Part shown: piece after piece, positions 19,440 to 28,681 of the stretch
Layout of the letters: each line of letters opens with the position of its first letter
Numbering within the stretch: the stretch's first letter is position 1
DNA from: Bacteroidales bacterium
Lineage (GTDB): Bacteria > Bacteroidota > Bacteroidia > Bacteroidales > DTU049
Reading direction: 5' to 3'
NCBI GenBank assembly: GCA_012520175.1
Contig: JAAYOU010000065.1
Location: 7,895 to 71,894 of the forward strand
DNA: 64,000 nucleotides
Position numbers and translations under genes: made by a program
The notes under the pieces: model-generated
What the model was told of the DNA's origin: nothing
The model's database searches: none
What the model saw: the letters and a program-made list of their open reading frames with translations, nothing else

Positions 19440-20453
19440 CTATTTTGAAATGATAATTTGCTTAACAACAAAGCTATCTTGAAAATTAATACGCATAAAA
19501 TAGAATCCGTCAGCAATATTTTGAATATCTATTTCATCAGCATTTTCCGTAGCTAAAACAACGCGACCATTTATATCTAAAATTTCAATATTTTTCAAAA
19601 CAAGTTCGTTTGGATAGTTTACAGAAACATTGTTTGAAGCAGGAACTGGAAATACAGTTATATTTTTATAGAAAAAATCAACAGTGTTGTAAGTTGGATC
19701 CCAAATAGCATAAGCCCATTCTGGATTATCTACAAAAGGATTGCGATTATGTTGATAGTCTTTGTATATAACATTATTTCTATCTATTTCTTTTTGGCTA
19801 ACAGGGTCATTTTCATGCCATTTTAAAAGTAATTTTCTTGTCCAGTCAGAAAAGTTGTTTCCACTAAGAGCTGGACTGCTCCATGATGAGATTTTGTCCA
19901 TATACCTAGTTAGCATATAAAAATATATTCTAGCAAAGTCACCTTTATATTCATTCGCAGGCTCGAAAACGATGCTTGAATATCCAGGGAAAGTGCAGGT
20001 TCCTAATTTGCCAGTTCCATATGTTGTGCCCGATGCACATTCTCCATAGGGATAGTTAGATCTGTATCCATTTACTTTTCCGTCGGTAGGAACTAAATGA
20101 AATAAATCTGATTTCATTGGTGGAGCATTGTTAAACCAGCTTTTTGGAAAACTGTGCTCGCGATTATAGCAGTCACAAATATTTTTATATTCTCCACATT
20201 GGTCTGTTCCAAAAGTAAAATTACAATTAGAGTACATGTCCCAAACTTTGTTGTTGCCTAAATTATCAGTATGTTTAAATGCTGTCCATAAACCATCATA
20301 TGATACTACAGAGTGTCCATCAATAATATCATGTAATGCAGAACGCAAATTTTCGCCTGTTAAACCTTGAGCACTATCATAGTAGCCATCAGGTATTTGA
20401 GCATTGACGGCTAGTGATGAAAAGATAACTAATAATAAAAATATCTTTTTCAT
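19440..20453 (-). CDS. Extracellular endonuclease I family nuclease with T9SS C-terminal domain
   Basis: Signal peptide. NREHSFPKSWF and DLFHLVPTDGKVNGYRSNYPYGE motifs of the Endonuclease_1 family. C-terminal ITVFPVPASNNVSVNY...GFYFMRINF CTD. Confidence 0.75.
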   Translation of the reverse strand: MKKIFLLLVIFSSLAVNAQIPDGYYDSAQGLTGENLRSALHDIIDGHSVVSYDGLWTAFKHTDNLGNNKVWDMYSNCNFTFGTDQCGEYKNICDCYNREHSFPKSWFNNAPPMKSDLFHLVPTDGKVNGYRSNYPYGECASGTTYGTGKLGTCTFPGYSSIVFEPANEYKGDFARIYFYMLTRYMDKISSWSSPALSGNNFSDWTRKLLLKWHENDPVSQKEIDRNNVIYKDYQHNRNPFVDNPEWAYAIWDPTYNTVDFFYKNITVFPVPASNNVSVNYPNELVLKNIEILDINGRVVLATENADEIDIQNIADGFYFMRINFQDSFVVKQIIISK

Positions 20454-20492
20454 ATTTAAAAAATTTAGTAAAGATAATAGTTTTTTTAAAAT

Positions 20493-20530
20493 AAAAAAGT
20501 TGAAGGAAATTTACCTCCCTCAACTTTTTT
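20493..20530 (-). terminator. Hairpin terminator downstream of 20564..21796
   Basis: aaaaaagttgaaggaaatttacctccctcaactttttt: an imperfect inverted repeat flanked by an A-run and a T-run. Confidence 0.45.
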
Positions 20531-20563
20531 ATAACTGCCATGAATAAAAATGAATAAAAGTTC

Positions 20564-21796
20564 TTATTGAATAATTAATTTAGATATGGGTTTGTTGTTT
20601 ACTAATACAATATATACGCCTTTTCTAAGGTTATCTTTCTCGTATTTACGACCGCTTAAATCGTAAATTTCAACTTTATCATTTTCAACAATACCAGATA
20701 TTTTCCAATTTTCGCCTTTATTTACTGGATTTGGATAAATATTGAACACTCTATTATCTTCTCCACACGAGGAAGCAATCATATCAGAATAAGCAAAATT
20801 TCCGTCAAAGTCAACTTGTTTTAATTTATAAAAAACATTGCCTTTGCTTTCTTCTATATAAGAGGTTTTATAGCTTTTATAAGTATTTGCATTTCTTCTT
20901 CCTTTAATGGTGTCAACGGGACCAAAGGCAATTCCATTATAAGATTTTAAAACAACAAAATAATCATTATTACTTTCAGAAGCAACTTCCCATGATAAAT
21001 CTACAAAACCATCGTTGCATTGTGCTTCAAAAGACATTAGTTCTATGGGAAGTACATCGCAATCCATTGCTCCGCCTTCAGAAAAATTCCATATTAAGTC
21101 AAAACCGTGTGCCCCTGGAGACCAATTGTTTACCATTAGGTAATATCTTTCTCCTGGGTTTACACTAATCCACTTTACCCAACTGTCTCCAAAAACATCT
21201 TCGCTAGCATCTGTAGCAGTGCCATTCATACCTGTATTTGTGGGCCAATTAGCTGCGCTGCAATCTATGCATGGACCTCCGCAATCTACGCCTTCTTCAT
21301 TTTCATCTTTAACTTTATTGCTGCATTGAGTGCCATCTCTTATAAATAGTGCATATGTTTCTGCTTCTCCAGTAGCAGCAGGGTTACAAGGATTAGTTTG
21401 ATAACTTCCTAGGTTTGAAAAAACTCTAAAACCAGTGCCTCCAAGACGAGCTGTTGAAGGTATGGTTATGTTTCCAGTTACTGTGCCATTTTTAGCATTC
21501 GTAGATCCTATTTCATAATATTCTCCAGCATCGAATTGAAGATTTTTATTCCAATCAAACCAAGCTGATACACGAGTATTGCCAAAAAGAGTATTTCTAA
21601 AAACACTTACAGTAAGAGTATATGTACTGCTTTTGTTTACATCTGTGGATAAACTAGTATAATTTACATAGTGTCCAGCAGAACCTTGATTGTTTTCATT
21701 GTCAATGGTGCCAAATTGAACACGAGTAACACATGATGTGTAGTTTGTTGCCGTAGAATTTGGTATGCATATGTTGGAGCCATTGCATAAGAGCAT
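20564..21796 (-). CDS. C-terminal portion of a large T9SS cargo surface protein (GEVED-like domain plus CTD); probably one gene with 21664..23346
   Basis: 410 aa. VTRVQFGTIDNENNQGSAGHYVNYTS...SAWFDWNKNLQFDAGEYY is GEVED-like. C-terminus FNIYPNPVNKGENWKI...GVYIVLVNNKPISKLIIQ is a T9SS CTD. There is no signal peptide of its own. Confidence 0.6.
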   Translation of the reverse strand: MLLCNGSNICIPNSTATNYTSCVTRVQFGTIDNENNQGSAGHYVNYTSLSTDVNKSSTYTLTVSVFRNTLFGNTRVSAWFDWNKNLQFDAGEYYEIGSTNAKNGTVTGNITIPSTARLGGTGFRVFSNLGSYQTNPCNPAATGEAETYALFIRDGTQCSNKVKDENEEGVDCGGPCIDCSAANWPTNTGMNGTATDASEDVFGDSWVKWISVNPGERYYLMVNNWSPGAHGFDLIWNFSEGGAMDCDVLPIELMSFEAQCNDGFVDLSWEVASESNNDYFVVLKSYNGIAFGPVDTIKGRRNANTYKSYKTSYIEESKGNVFYKLKQVDFDGNFAYSDMIASSCGEDNRVFNIYPNPVNKGENWKISGIVENDKVEIYDLSGRKYEKDNLRKGVYIVLVNNKPISKLIIQ

Positions 21797-23346
21797 CTAA
21801 CGGGGTCTCCTAATGCGTTACAATTGTCGCTTTTGTATAGAGCAAAATCATAGTCTTCAAAAAACTTTTGAGGTTTTATATCTAAAGCCATTTTTCCGCT
21901 TTCTGTAATTTCAAAAAGATACCAATTTGAAAAATTTTCAGACAAGTTGCAACCACCGCAAGTAGAAGTTAGCCCTGGTCCTGGACTTGCTGCACTTAGA
22001 TTTGTTGCTCCACAAATTGCTGTTGCTGATGTACAATCGTTGGTTGTTTGTGCAATAGTTGTGTCATAAGTGCTTAATGTAATATTCCAGCCTTCAGTAA
22101 CAACAGAAGCATTAGACCAAAATGTAAAAGTAAGACATCCGCTACTATTTGTTGCTTTAAATGTCATAGGACAATCAGTATTCCAATTTCCGCAGCCTCC
22201 CCATAGCATAGGGCTACCTTGTGTAGGTCCGTCTCTTATTATAAGAGCATCGTTTTCGCAACCTGTGCTAAGTTCTATATTTAAACTATGTATTGTGGCT
22301 TGGAGAGCTTTTCCGGGTTGGTCTGGACAAAATGTTCTATAAATACTATTTATATTATTAGAATATGGGTTTGATAGTCCTCCATCATCGGTATATGTTC
22401 CGGATGAAGTATTTACCATGCATGCCCCATTGAATGTCCCTTGTATTCCTTGTGTAGGGTGTTTATATGTTCCCCCAGATTCAAGGCAACTTATATAAAA
22501 TTGTATTTCTCGGGTTGCTGTACCAATGCCTTCAAGGTCAATAATAAAATAATATGTTATGCCAGCTTCTAAATTAAAAGGTCCATAGGTTCCAGTTGCA
22601 TTCGTTCGGGCAATACATGTCCAACCTGTTGTTCCACAATTAGTGTTATATGCAATATTAGCATTTGTACTAGCAGTAATAGATGTTACAGTTAAAGTCG
22701 TTGCTCCTGTTTCAGTTGGAGTATATGCAAATATTTTTTCTTTACCAGTAGCTGCTGTGCCACAATACGGGGTATTCCATTCGCCAAGTCCTGTTGTTAT
22801 AGTTGCCGTTTGTATTGCGCCGCAGTTCATAGCTGTTACGTTTGAACAAGGTCCAGTGCCAGAAGGTTCAAAAATACAGATTTCAAAACTTCCAAAATCG
22901 TTGTTTCCATATTCCCAAACGCGAATATAAACAGTGCTGCCTGGGGTTAATCCAGACCTGTCAATTTTTGGCATATAAGTTCCATTGTCGCTGTCGTCAT
23001 CATCGCATTCTATTAGAGTTAAGCTGCTGCAAGTTCCTGAGTATATTGCCATTGCCAAATCTTGTACTCCTCCAGATGGAGTTCTTGTGTCTATAATAAC
23101 ATGCCCGCTAGCAGGAACAGTAAATTTAAACCAAACATCACCACCTAAATAATTACCACAGCCAGGAGCAGGAGGAACAGGAGTTGAAGCTGTTGCTCCA
23201 ACATTTGTATAAGTTGAAAAATTACAAACATTATTTCCAACATTAAGAGTTATTGCATTAACGCAATTATCGTTTGCTGGTTGAGAATATCCACTTATGC
23301 AAAATGCAACTATAAAAACTATTGTAATTAGTAAATATTTTTTCAT
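21664..23346 (-). CDS. N-terminal portion of a large T9SS cargo surface protein (signal peptide, Cys-rich ANDNC-type and CUB-like modules)
   Basis: 560 aa. Signal peptide MKKYLLITIVFIVAFCISGYSQ, then PANDNCVNAITL. The last ~40 residues look like out-of-frame nonsense and overlap the next ORF by 133 nt. Confidence 0.6.
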   Translation of the reverse strand: MKKYLLITIVFIVAFCISGYSQPANDNCVNAITLNVGNNVCNFSTYTNVGATASTPVPPAPGCGNYLGGDVWFKFTVPASGHVIIDTRTPSGGVQDLAMAIYSGTCSSLTLIECDDDDSDNGTYMPKIDRSGLTPGSTVYIRVWEYGNNDFGSFEICIFEPSGTGPCSNVTAMNCGAIQTATITTGLGEWNTPYCGTAATGKEKIFAYTPTETGATTLTVTSITASTNANIAYNTNCGTTGWTCIARTNATGTYGPFNLEAGITYYFIIDLEGIGTATREIQFYISCLESGGTYKHPTQGIQGTFNGACMVNTSSGTYTDDGGLSNPYSNNINSIYRTFCPDQPGKALQATIHSLNIELSTGCENDALIIRDGPTQGSPMLWGGCGNWNTDCPMTFKATNSSGCLTFTFWSNASVVTEGWNITLSTYDTTIAQTTNDCTSATAICGATNLSAASPGPGLTSTCGGCNLSENFSNWYLFEITESGKMALDIKPQKFFEDYDFALYKSDNCNALGDPVRCSYAMAPTYAYQILRQQTTHHVLLVFNLAPLTMKTIKVLLDTM

Positions 23347-23372
23347 GCTATTCTCCTCTTTTTTTACTTTTT

Positions 23373-23720
23373 TTATTTTAATTCTACCTTAGCAGGTATA
23401 ATTTCAATTTTATGCCTTGATTCAATTGTTTTCAATTCATTTTGCAATGATTGAATTTCTTCATTCAGTATGGCTTTTAAAGATTGATCAGATGTGTTTT
23501 CAAGCAATTCTTTTTTTGCTTTTATACTAATGTTAATTTCCTCAACATTAATTTCATTGTCTAATTGTTGTTTTTCTACAAAAGGCTCATTTTTTATATA
23601 AACAGCTTGTTTTTCTGTGGGTGTTCTATCTGTTTTTTCATTTATTTGAATTTGCGAAAACACTTTGTTAGACCAAGAAAACAGCATAAAAAATGCTAGA
23701 ATAAAATAAAAGTTTTTCAT
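23373..23720 (-). CDS. Small secreted coiled-coil protein, unknown function
   Basis: 115 aa. Signal peptide followed by a Glu/Lys/Gln-rich helical sequence. Sits directly upstream of, and on the same strand as, the large surface protein gene. Confidence 0.45.
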   Translation of the reverse strand: MKNFYFILAFFMLFSWSNKVFSQIQINEKTDRTPTEKQAVYIKNEPFVEKQQLDNEINVEEINISIKAKKELLENTSDQSLKAILNEEIQSLQNELKTIESRHKIEIIPAKVELK

Positions 23721-23835
23721 AAAAAAATTTTTTTTTGACAGTTATTGCTTATATTAGACGTATAAACTTTAAAAAAGTTTATTTTTGTAAAAAACTAATA
23801 CTCAAAGATTTACAAATATATTAAATTTTTTTAAT

Positions 23836-23873
23836 AAAAAAACACTTCAAATAAAATTTTTTACTTGAAGTGT
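23836..23873 (-). terminator. Rho-independent terminator downstream of the M23 peptidase gene
   Basis: acacttcaa...ttgaagtgt is a perfect 9-bp stem. On the minus strand it is followed by a U-run. Confidence 0.6.
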
Positions 23874-23910
23874 TGCAACTTATTGATAATCAACAACATA
23901 CAGTGGCAAC

Positions 23911-25566
23911 TCAAAACAAAAAAGTTTTTTCTGTTTTATTACCAACTATGTCAGTAAAAGTAACGTGTAATTTTTCAATTTTTTGATTTTTCTTTAAAGG
24001 AATAGTAAATTGATCATATTTAAAATCATAAATCATTAATTGCCAAACACCGTCAACATAAGCATTATAGCTTTTAATTACTCCAGAATTATCGGAAACA
24101 TAAAAAATAATATCGTTAGTTGGTGCTGTATTTAAAGAACTGATGTTGTTTTTATAAATTTTTGGAGGAACAGTGTCTTCAAAAAGTTTAAAGTCTCCTG
24201 TATTATTCATCTTTACAAACCAATTTCCTTTTGAATCTTTTGTTGGTTTATAGGATTTTATAATTTTATTAGAATTATCTGTTTGGATAAAAAGAGTTTT
24301 GTTGCTAATAAAATTATTTTTATTGAATATAACTTTAAAAGATTTTAATATTGGAAGTTCCTTGCTGCCAATAGTCCAAACAAGCTCATTATCTATCTTT
24401 TTTTCAATTAAAAATGGTTGTTCTAAAGCCATGTCGCCATAAAAAGAGTTTATATTGAGTTCTATTGAAATGTTTTCGGTGTTAAAAGTGTTAAATTGGT
24501 GATTGAAAATTTTATATTTATTGTTGCTATGTGGGCTGCTTTTCTTGTTTTTAATGATTGTTGTATTCAATGTTGAGCTGTTAGATTCAGCATCAGTTGC
24601 TATTATTGTTAGTTTATGCGGAAGACTGTCTTTTAAAGTAAAAAGTCCTTTTTTTGAAATTTTTTTATAAAAAAGAGTGTTTGGAACATTGCCGGAATAA
24701 GTAAGAACAATTTGTTTCTTTTTGTTTAAGCCTAAATTATGGTCAAAAATTCCTTTGCAATTACTGTCTAAATAAAATGAATAGCGATCAAAATCTGCTT
24801 TCCAAACTAATATGTCATCAATAAGTACTTCTATTATTCTAGGAAGAAGACGATAGGATAATGATTGAAAGTCTTGCACGTCTATTCCTATAAAAAATGT
24901 ATCTGGCACATAAATTTCTTTTAGAGTGGTGTATGTTTCGCCGTGCAAGATTGTTTTATATAAATCTACATTTGCTGGAAGAAATCCTCCTGATTGCAAA
25001 CTGTAAATACCAATTTGATTGAAGATGGGCTTTCTTTTGTCATTAGTTTGGAAAAACATTAAAGGATTAAGAGGGTCGCTTGTTTTTGTGTCTCTAATTT
25101 CAAAATGCAGATGCTCGCCAAAGGAATATCCGCTGTTTCCTGCAATACCAATAGGCTGACCTTTTTTTATTTTTATTGTATTTTGTGACAAATAAATATC
25201 TGTTTCAAAAGTTTTGTTTTTGTATTGATAATTGGTTACTAAAGAGTCTATTTCTGGAGAAAATGAAGACAAATGCCCATAAACGGAGGTGTATCCGTTT
25301 GGATGTGAGATATAAACAGCTCTTCCGTATGATGCGGAATTAAATCTAACGCGAGAAACATAGCCGTCCCAAACAGAAAAAATTCTTCTGTCGTTTTTGT
25401 CGTATGTTCTAAAATCCAAGCCTATATGAAATCGTCCGCTTCTGTATTCCGCGAAATTACTTGTTAATTGTAATGGCGGCTGTAGCGGAAGGGCTATTGT
25501 TTGTGTGGTTTGAGAAAATGAGATGTTGAAAAACAACAAAAAAATAAGAAATAATGATATACGCAT
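23911..25566 (-). CDS. M23-family metallopeptidase (large, secreted)
   Basis: 551 aa. Signal peptide. HIGLDF, YGHLSSF and GEHLHFEIRD motifs of peptidase M23. Confidence 0.8.
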   Translation of the reverse strand: MRISLFLIFLLFFNISFSQTTQTIALPLQPPLQLTSNFAEYRSGRFHIGLDFRTYDKNDRRIFSVWDGYVSRVRFNSASYGRAVYISHPNGYTSVYGHLSSFSPEIDSLVTNYQYKNKTFETDIYLSQNTIKIKKGQPIGIAGNSGYSFGEHLHFEIRDTKTSDPLNPLMFFQTNDKRKPIFNQIGIYSLQSGGFLPANVDLYKTILHGETYTTLKEIYVPDTFFIGIDVQDFQSLSYRLLPRIIEVLIDDILVWKADFDRYSFYLDSNCKGIFDHNLGLNKKKQIVLTYSGNVPNTLFYKKISKKGLFTLKDSLPHKLTIIATDAESNSSTLNTTIIKNKKSSPHSNNKYKIFNHQFNTFNTENISIELNINSFYGDMALEQPFLIEKKIDNELVWTIGSKELPILKSFKVIFNKNNFISNKTLFIQTDNSNKIIKSYKPTKDSKGNWFVKMNNTGDFKLFEDTVPPKIYKNNISSLNTAPTNDIIFYVSDNSGVIKSYNAYVDGVWQLMIYDFKYDQFTIPLKKNQKIEKLHVTFTDIVGNKTEKTFLF

Positions 25567-25689
25567 AACAAAAATTTTTCTGCGAATAAAGATATAAAAA
25601 TTTTTTTAAAACTAATATCTGTACTTAAATGCAGATAATAGAAAATAATTTTTAATTTTACACGTTGTTTAGTTATTAATAAGAAATTT

Positions 25690-26718
25690 GTGAGAATATT
25701 TTTTGCAATATGTTTTTTTGTAAATATTTTTTTGCTATCGGCACAAAATGGCAAAAACAAAGTTTTTTCATTCTTGGAAATGCCAAATAGTTCCCGTTTG
25801 ACAGCTCTGGGCGGAAACATGGCAAGTATAAATGATGGAGATATTAGCTTGGTTCTTACAAATCCGTCATTAATAAACGATTCTGTAGATAAAGGTATAG
25901 CAATAAATTATACAAATTATTTTTCTGATATTAACTATGGTTTTTTAACATATTCTCACACTTTTGAGAAAGTGGGCAGCTTTGCTGGTAGTCTTCAGTA
26001 TTTGAATTATGGAAATTTTACGCAAACAGATTATTATGGTAATGTGTTGGGAGAATTTAACTCCTACGATATGGCTGTTACAATAGGCTGGGGGCGTGTT
26101 TTGCATCCCGGATTTTCTATTGGAGCAAATGTAAAATTTATTTATTCAGATTTAAACGATGTTTCTGCTTCAGGAATAGGCGTTGATGTTGCAGGCACAT
26201 ATTTTAATGATGAAAATTTTTTTAGCACAACATTAGCAATTCGAAATGCAGGGCGACAGATAAAAACATATAACGGCATTTCTGAGCCATTTCCATTTGA
26301 TATGCAACTTGCTTTTTCTAAGCGTTTTGAGCATGTACCTTTGCGCTTTTCAGCTTTAATACATCATTTGCATAAGTGGGACATTTGCTATTTCAATCCA
26401 GAAGACATTCAATACGACCCAATTTCAGGATTGCCAATTGAGGAAAGAAAAATAAGTGTTTTTGGAGACAAACTTATGAGGCATATTATTTTTGGTGCTG
26501 AATTTGCTCCTTCAAGGAGTTTGTCTTTTAGGATAGGATACAATTATCAAAGACGTAAAGAGCTGACAGTGGCTTCAAGATTATCAACGGTTGGTCTTAG
26601 TTGGGGCTTTGGTTTTCGCATAAAATATTTTTATTTGAGTTATGCTCGAAGTGCTTATCATTTAGCAGGTTCGCCAAATGTTATAACAATAACAACGAAT
26701 ATTAACGATTTTTTGTAA
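25690..26718 (+). CDS. porQ: Type IX secretion system outer-membrane protein PorQ-like
   Basis: 342 aa, GTG start. The N-terminal FSFLEMPNSSRLTALGGNMAS matches my recollection of the PorQ family signature. The rest has beta-barrel-like alternating composition. Confidence 0.6.
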   Translation: MRIFFAICFFVNIFLLSAQNGKNKVFSFLEMPNSSRLTALGGNMASINDGDISLVLTNPSLINDSVDKGIAINYTNYFSDINYGFLTYSHTFEKVGSFAGSLQYLNYGNFTQTDYYGNVLGEFNSYDMAVTIGWGRVLHPGFSIGANVKFIYSDLNDVSASGIGVDVAGTYFNDENFFSTTLAIRNAGRQIKTYNGISEPFPFDMQLAFSKRFEHVPLRFSALIHHLHKWDICYFNPEDIQYDPISGLPIEERKISVFGDKLMRHIIFGAEFAPSRSLSFRIGYNYQRRKELTVASRLSTVGLSWGFGFRIKYFYLSYARSAYHLAGSPNVITITTNINDFL

Positions 26719-26737
26719 AAAACATTGTAAATTTTGA

Positions 26738-27658
26738 ATGGAAAATAAAAAAGTATCGTTAAAAAAATTCATTTGGCTATCAATTTTTGCGGCTGTAATA
26801 ACGATTTTGCTAAAATTTTACGCTTGGTATTTAACAGGTTCTGCAGGACTTATGTCCGATGCGGTTGAGTCGTTGGTTAATTTAGTGGCGGCAATTATGG
26901 CTTTGAAACTTTTGTCTATTGCGATGAAGCCGGCAGATGAAAAGCATTTGTTCGGACATAGCAAGGCGGAATATTTTAGCAGCGCAATAGAAGGAGTAAT
27001 GATTATATTGGCTGCGGGGAGCATTATTTGGGCATCAATACCTAGATTTATAAATCCTGTTGAAATTGAAAATACCGGCATTGGATTGGTTTTTTCTGCA
27101 ATTGCTTCTGCTGTAAATCTTGTGGTAGCACTGATTTTGATTCGCAATGGGAAAAAGCATAAATCTATTTTATTAGAAGCTGACGGAAAACATTTAATGA
27201 CAGACGTTTGGACTTCTTTGGGTGTGATTTTAGCCGTTATTGTTGTTGAGTTTACAGGTTGGTTGATTTTAGACCCAATTATAGCTGTGTTGGTGGCAAT
27301 AAACATTATTGTTTCCGGTGTTGTTTTGATAAAAAGGTCTGCAAACGGCTTATTAGATGCGGCAATTGATTCGGAAGGTTTGAAAAAAATCGAAAATCTT
27401 TTGGATTCTTATAAAAAGGATAAAAAAATAATTTTTCATTCTTTACTTACAAGGCAGGCAGGGCAACGGATATTTATTTCGATGCATATTTTGGTGCCGG
27501 GAGAATGGACTGTAAAGCAAGGGCATGATGTTTCTGAACAAATTGAAAAGGATTTATTTGACTTGTTTGATCAGCCGATAAATGTTATCACGCATATAGA
27601 GCCGATTGAAGACCCAAAATCTTTTAACGATATTGATTTGGATAGAAAATTCGATTAA
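26738..27658 (+). CDS. Cation diffusion facilitator (CDF) family metal efflux transporter
   Basis: 306 aa. Six TM segments, SDAVESLVN and HLMTDVW motifs, and a C-terminal cytoplasmic domain. Confidence 0.8.
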   Translation: MENKKVSLKKFIWLSIFAAVITILLKFYAWYLTGSAGLMSDAVESLVNLVAAIMALKLLSIAMKPADEKHLFGHSKAEYFSSAIEGVMIILAAGSIIWASIPRFINPVEIENTGIGLVFSAIASAVNLVVALILIRNGKKHKSILLEADGKHLMTDVWTSLGVILAVIVVEFTGWLILDPIIAVLVAINIIVSGVVLIKRSANGLLDAAIDSEGLKKIENLLDSYKKDKKIIFHSLLTRQAGQRIFISMHILVPGEWTVKQGHDVSEQIEKDLFDLFDQPINVITHIEPIEDPKSFNDIDLDRKFD

Positions 27659-27790
27659 AAAACATTTCTTCGTCTTTTTTGTCTGTTGATTTTATGACGA
27701 ATGTTATAGGGCATTTCTGTATTTTATCTATGTCTAAAAAACTGGCTCGATTTTTGCATGTTTTTATTATTATTAGATAAAATATTTTTT

Positions 27791-27850
27791 GCATATTTCT
27801 CGTATATTTCTCGTATATTTCTCATATATTTTTTGTATATTTTTCGTATA
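27791..27850. repeat. About 5.5 copies of an 11-bp tandem repeat (G/A)TATATTTCTC in the intergenic region upstream of 27864..28295
   Basis: Read directly: gcatatttctc gtatatttctc gtatatttctc atatatttttt gtatatttttc gtataaag. Confidence 0.85.
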
Positions 27851-27863
27851 AAGATTAACTGTT

Positions 27864-28295
27864 ATGAAGAAAATTAGTTTTATTTTAGTTTTACTATTTG
27901 GTTTTGGGCTAATGGCTTATTCTCAAAGCATTACTTTTAATATTATTGGAATAAAAAAACCCATCGGAAATATACAATTGGGTTTTTTTACAAATGAAAA
28001 AGATTATAAAATAGAGAAGCCTACAATAAGTAAATACATATCAAAAAAAGGCTTAAAAAATGGCAAAATTACCGTAAAGTTTGATGATATTCCTGCAGGA
28101 ACTTATGGAGTTTGTTTATTAGACGATGAAAACAGTAATGGAAAAATGGATTACTTATTTTTTATTCCTCAAGAGGGATTTGGATTCTCTAATTATTATC
28201 ACAAAGGAATGTCTAAACCCAAATTTGATAGCTTTAAATTTGACTTAAATAGAGGTGCGCATAAAGTAGTGGAAATTAAAATTAGATACATGTGA
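27864..28295 (+). CDS. DUF2141-like secreted protein
   Basis: 143 aa. Signal peptide. GTYGVCLLDDENSNGKMDYLFFIPQEGFGFSN resembles the DUF2141 family core. Confidence 0.5.
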   Translation: MKKISFILVLLFGFGLMAYSQSITFNIIGIKKPIGNIQLGFFTNEKDYKIEKPTISKYISKKGLKNGKITVKFDDIPAGTYGVCLLDDENSNGKMDYLFFIPQEGFGFSNYYHKGMSKPKFDSFKFDLNRGAHKVVEIKIRYM

Positions 28296-28450
28296 ATCTG
28301 CTAAAAGTTGGAAAGTGGTGTCATGTTCTAAAATAGGTTCGCACCTTACAATTTTTACTAACCTTCAATTATTTTTTCTCGAAAGTACGTATTTCCTTTT
28401 AAATATTTGTCTGTTTTTTTGAGCCAAAACGAGGTTTTCTAAAAAAACAT

Positions 28451-28681
28451 TTATTCGCTTTTCTCTTCGTTTCCGCTGATTTCACGCAAGCTAGAAAGTT
28501 CTGCATTTATCTCGTTTTCAGCGTTTAAAATTTGCTTTTTGCAAAAATATATAAGCTCCGTTGCTCTTTTTACTTTTACTATCAATTCGTCTAAATCTAT
28601 CAAATCATCATCAATTAATTTGATAATTTCTTCTATTTCTGCAATAGCTTCTGAATATTTTAAATCTTCTTGTTTTTTCAT
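28451..28681 (-). CDS. xseB: Exodeoxyribonuclease VII small subunit
   Basis: 76 aa helical protein. 4-bp overlap with the upstream xseA. YSEAIAEIEEII N-terminus is typical of XseB. Confidence 0.8.
   Translation of the reverse strand: MKKQEDLKYSEAIAEIEEIIKLIDDDLIDLDELIVKVKRATELIYFCKKQILNAENEINAELSSLREISGNEEKSE

Noticed and set aside
23884-23892. Isolated TGATAATCA just downstream of the M23 peptidase gene, as a seventh member of the island motif family
   Set aside because: Only the A+T-rich 9-mer core (plus a flanking base on each side) matches. The CGTAAA and GTT flanks and the GC stems are absent. A single occurrence of such a 9-mer in 64 kb of A+T-rich DNA is compatible with chance.
25494-25820. 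ORF 25494..25820 (-) in the M23/PorQ divergent region
   Set aside because: It overlaps the 5' ends of both well-supported divergent genes. It is low complexity and is most likely just the shared promoter region.
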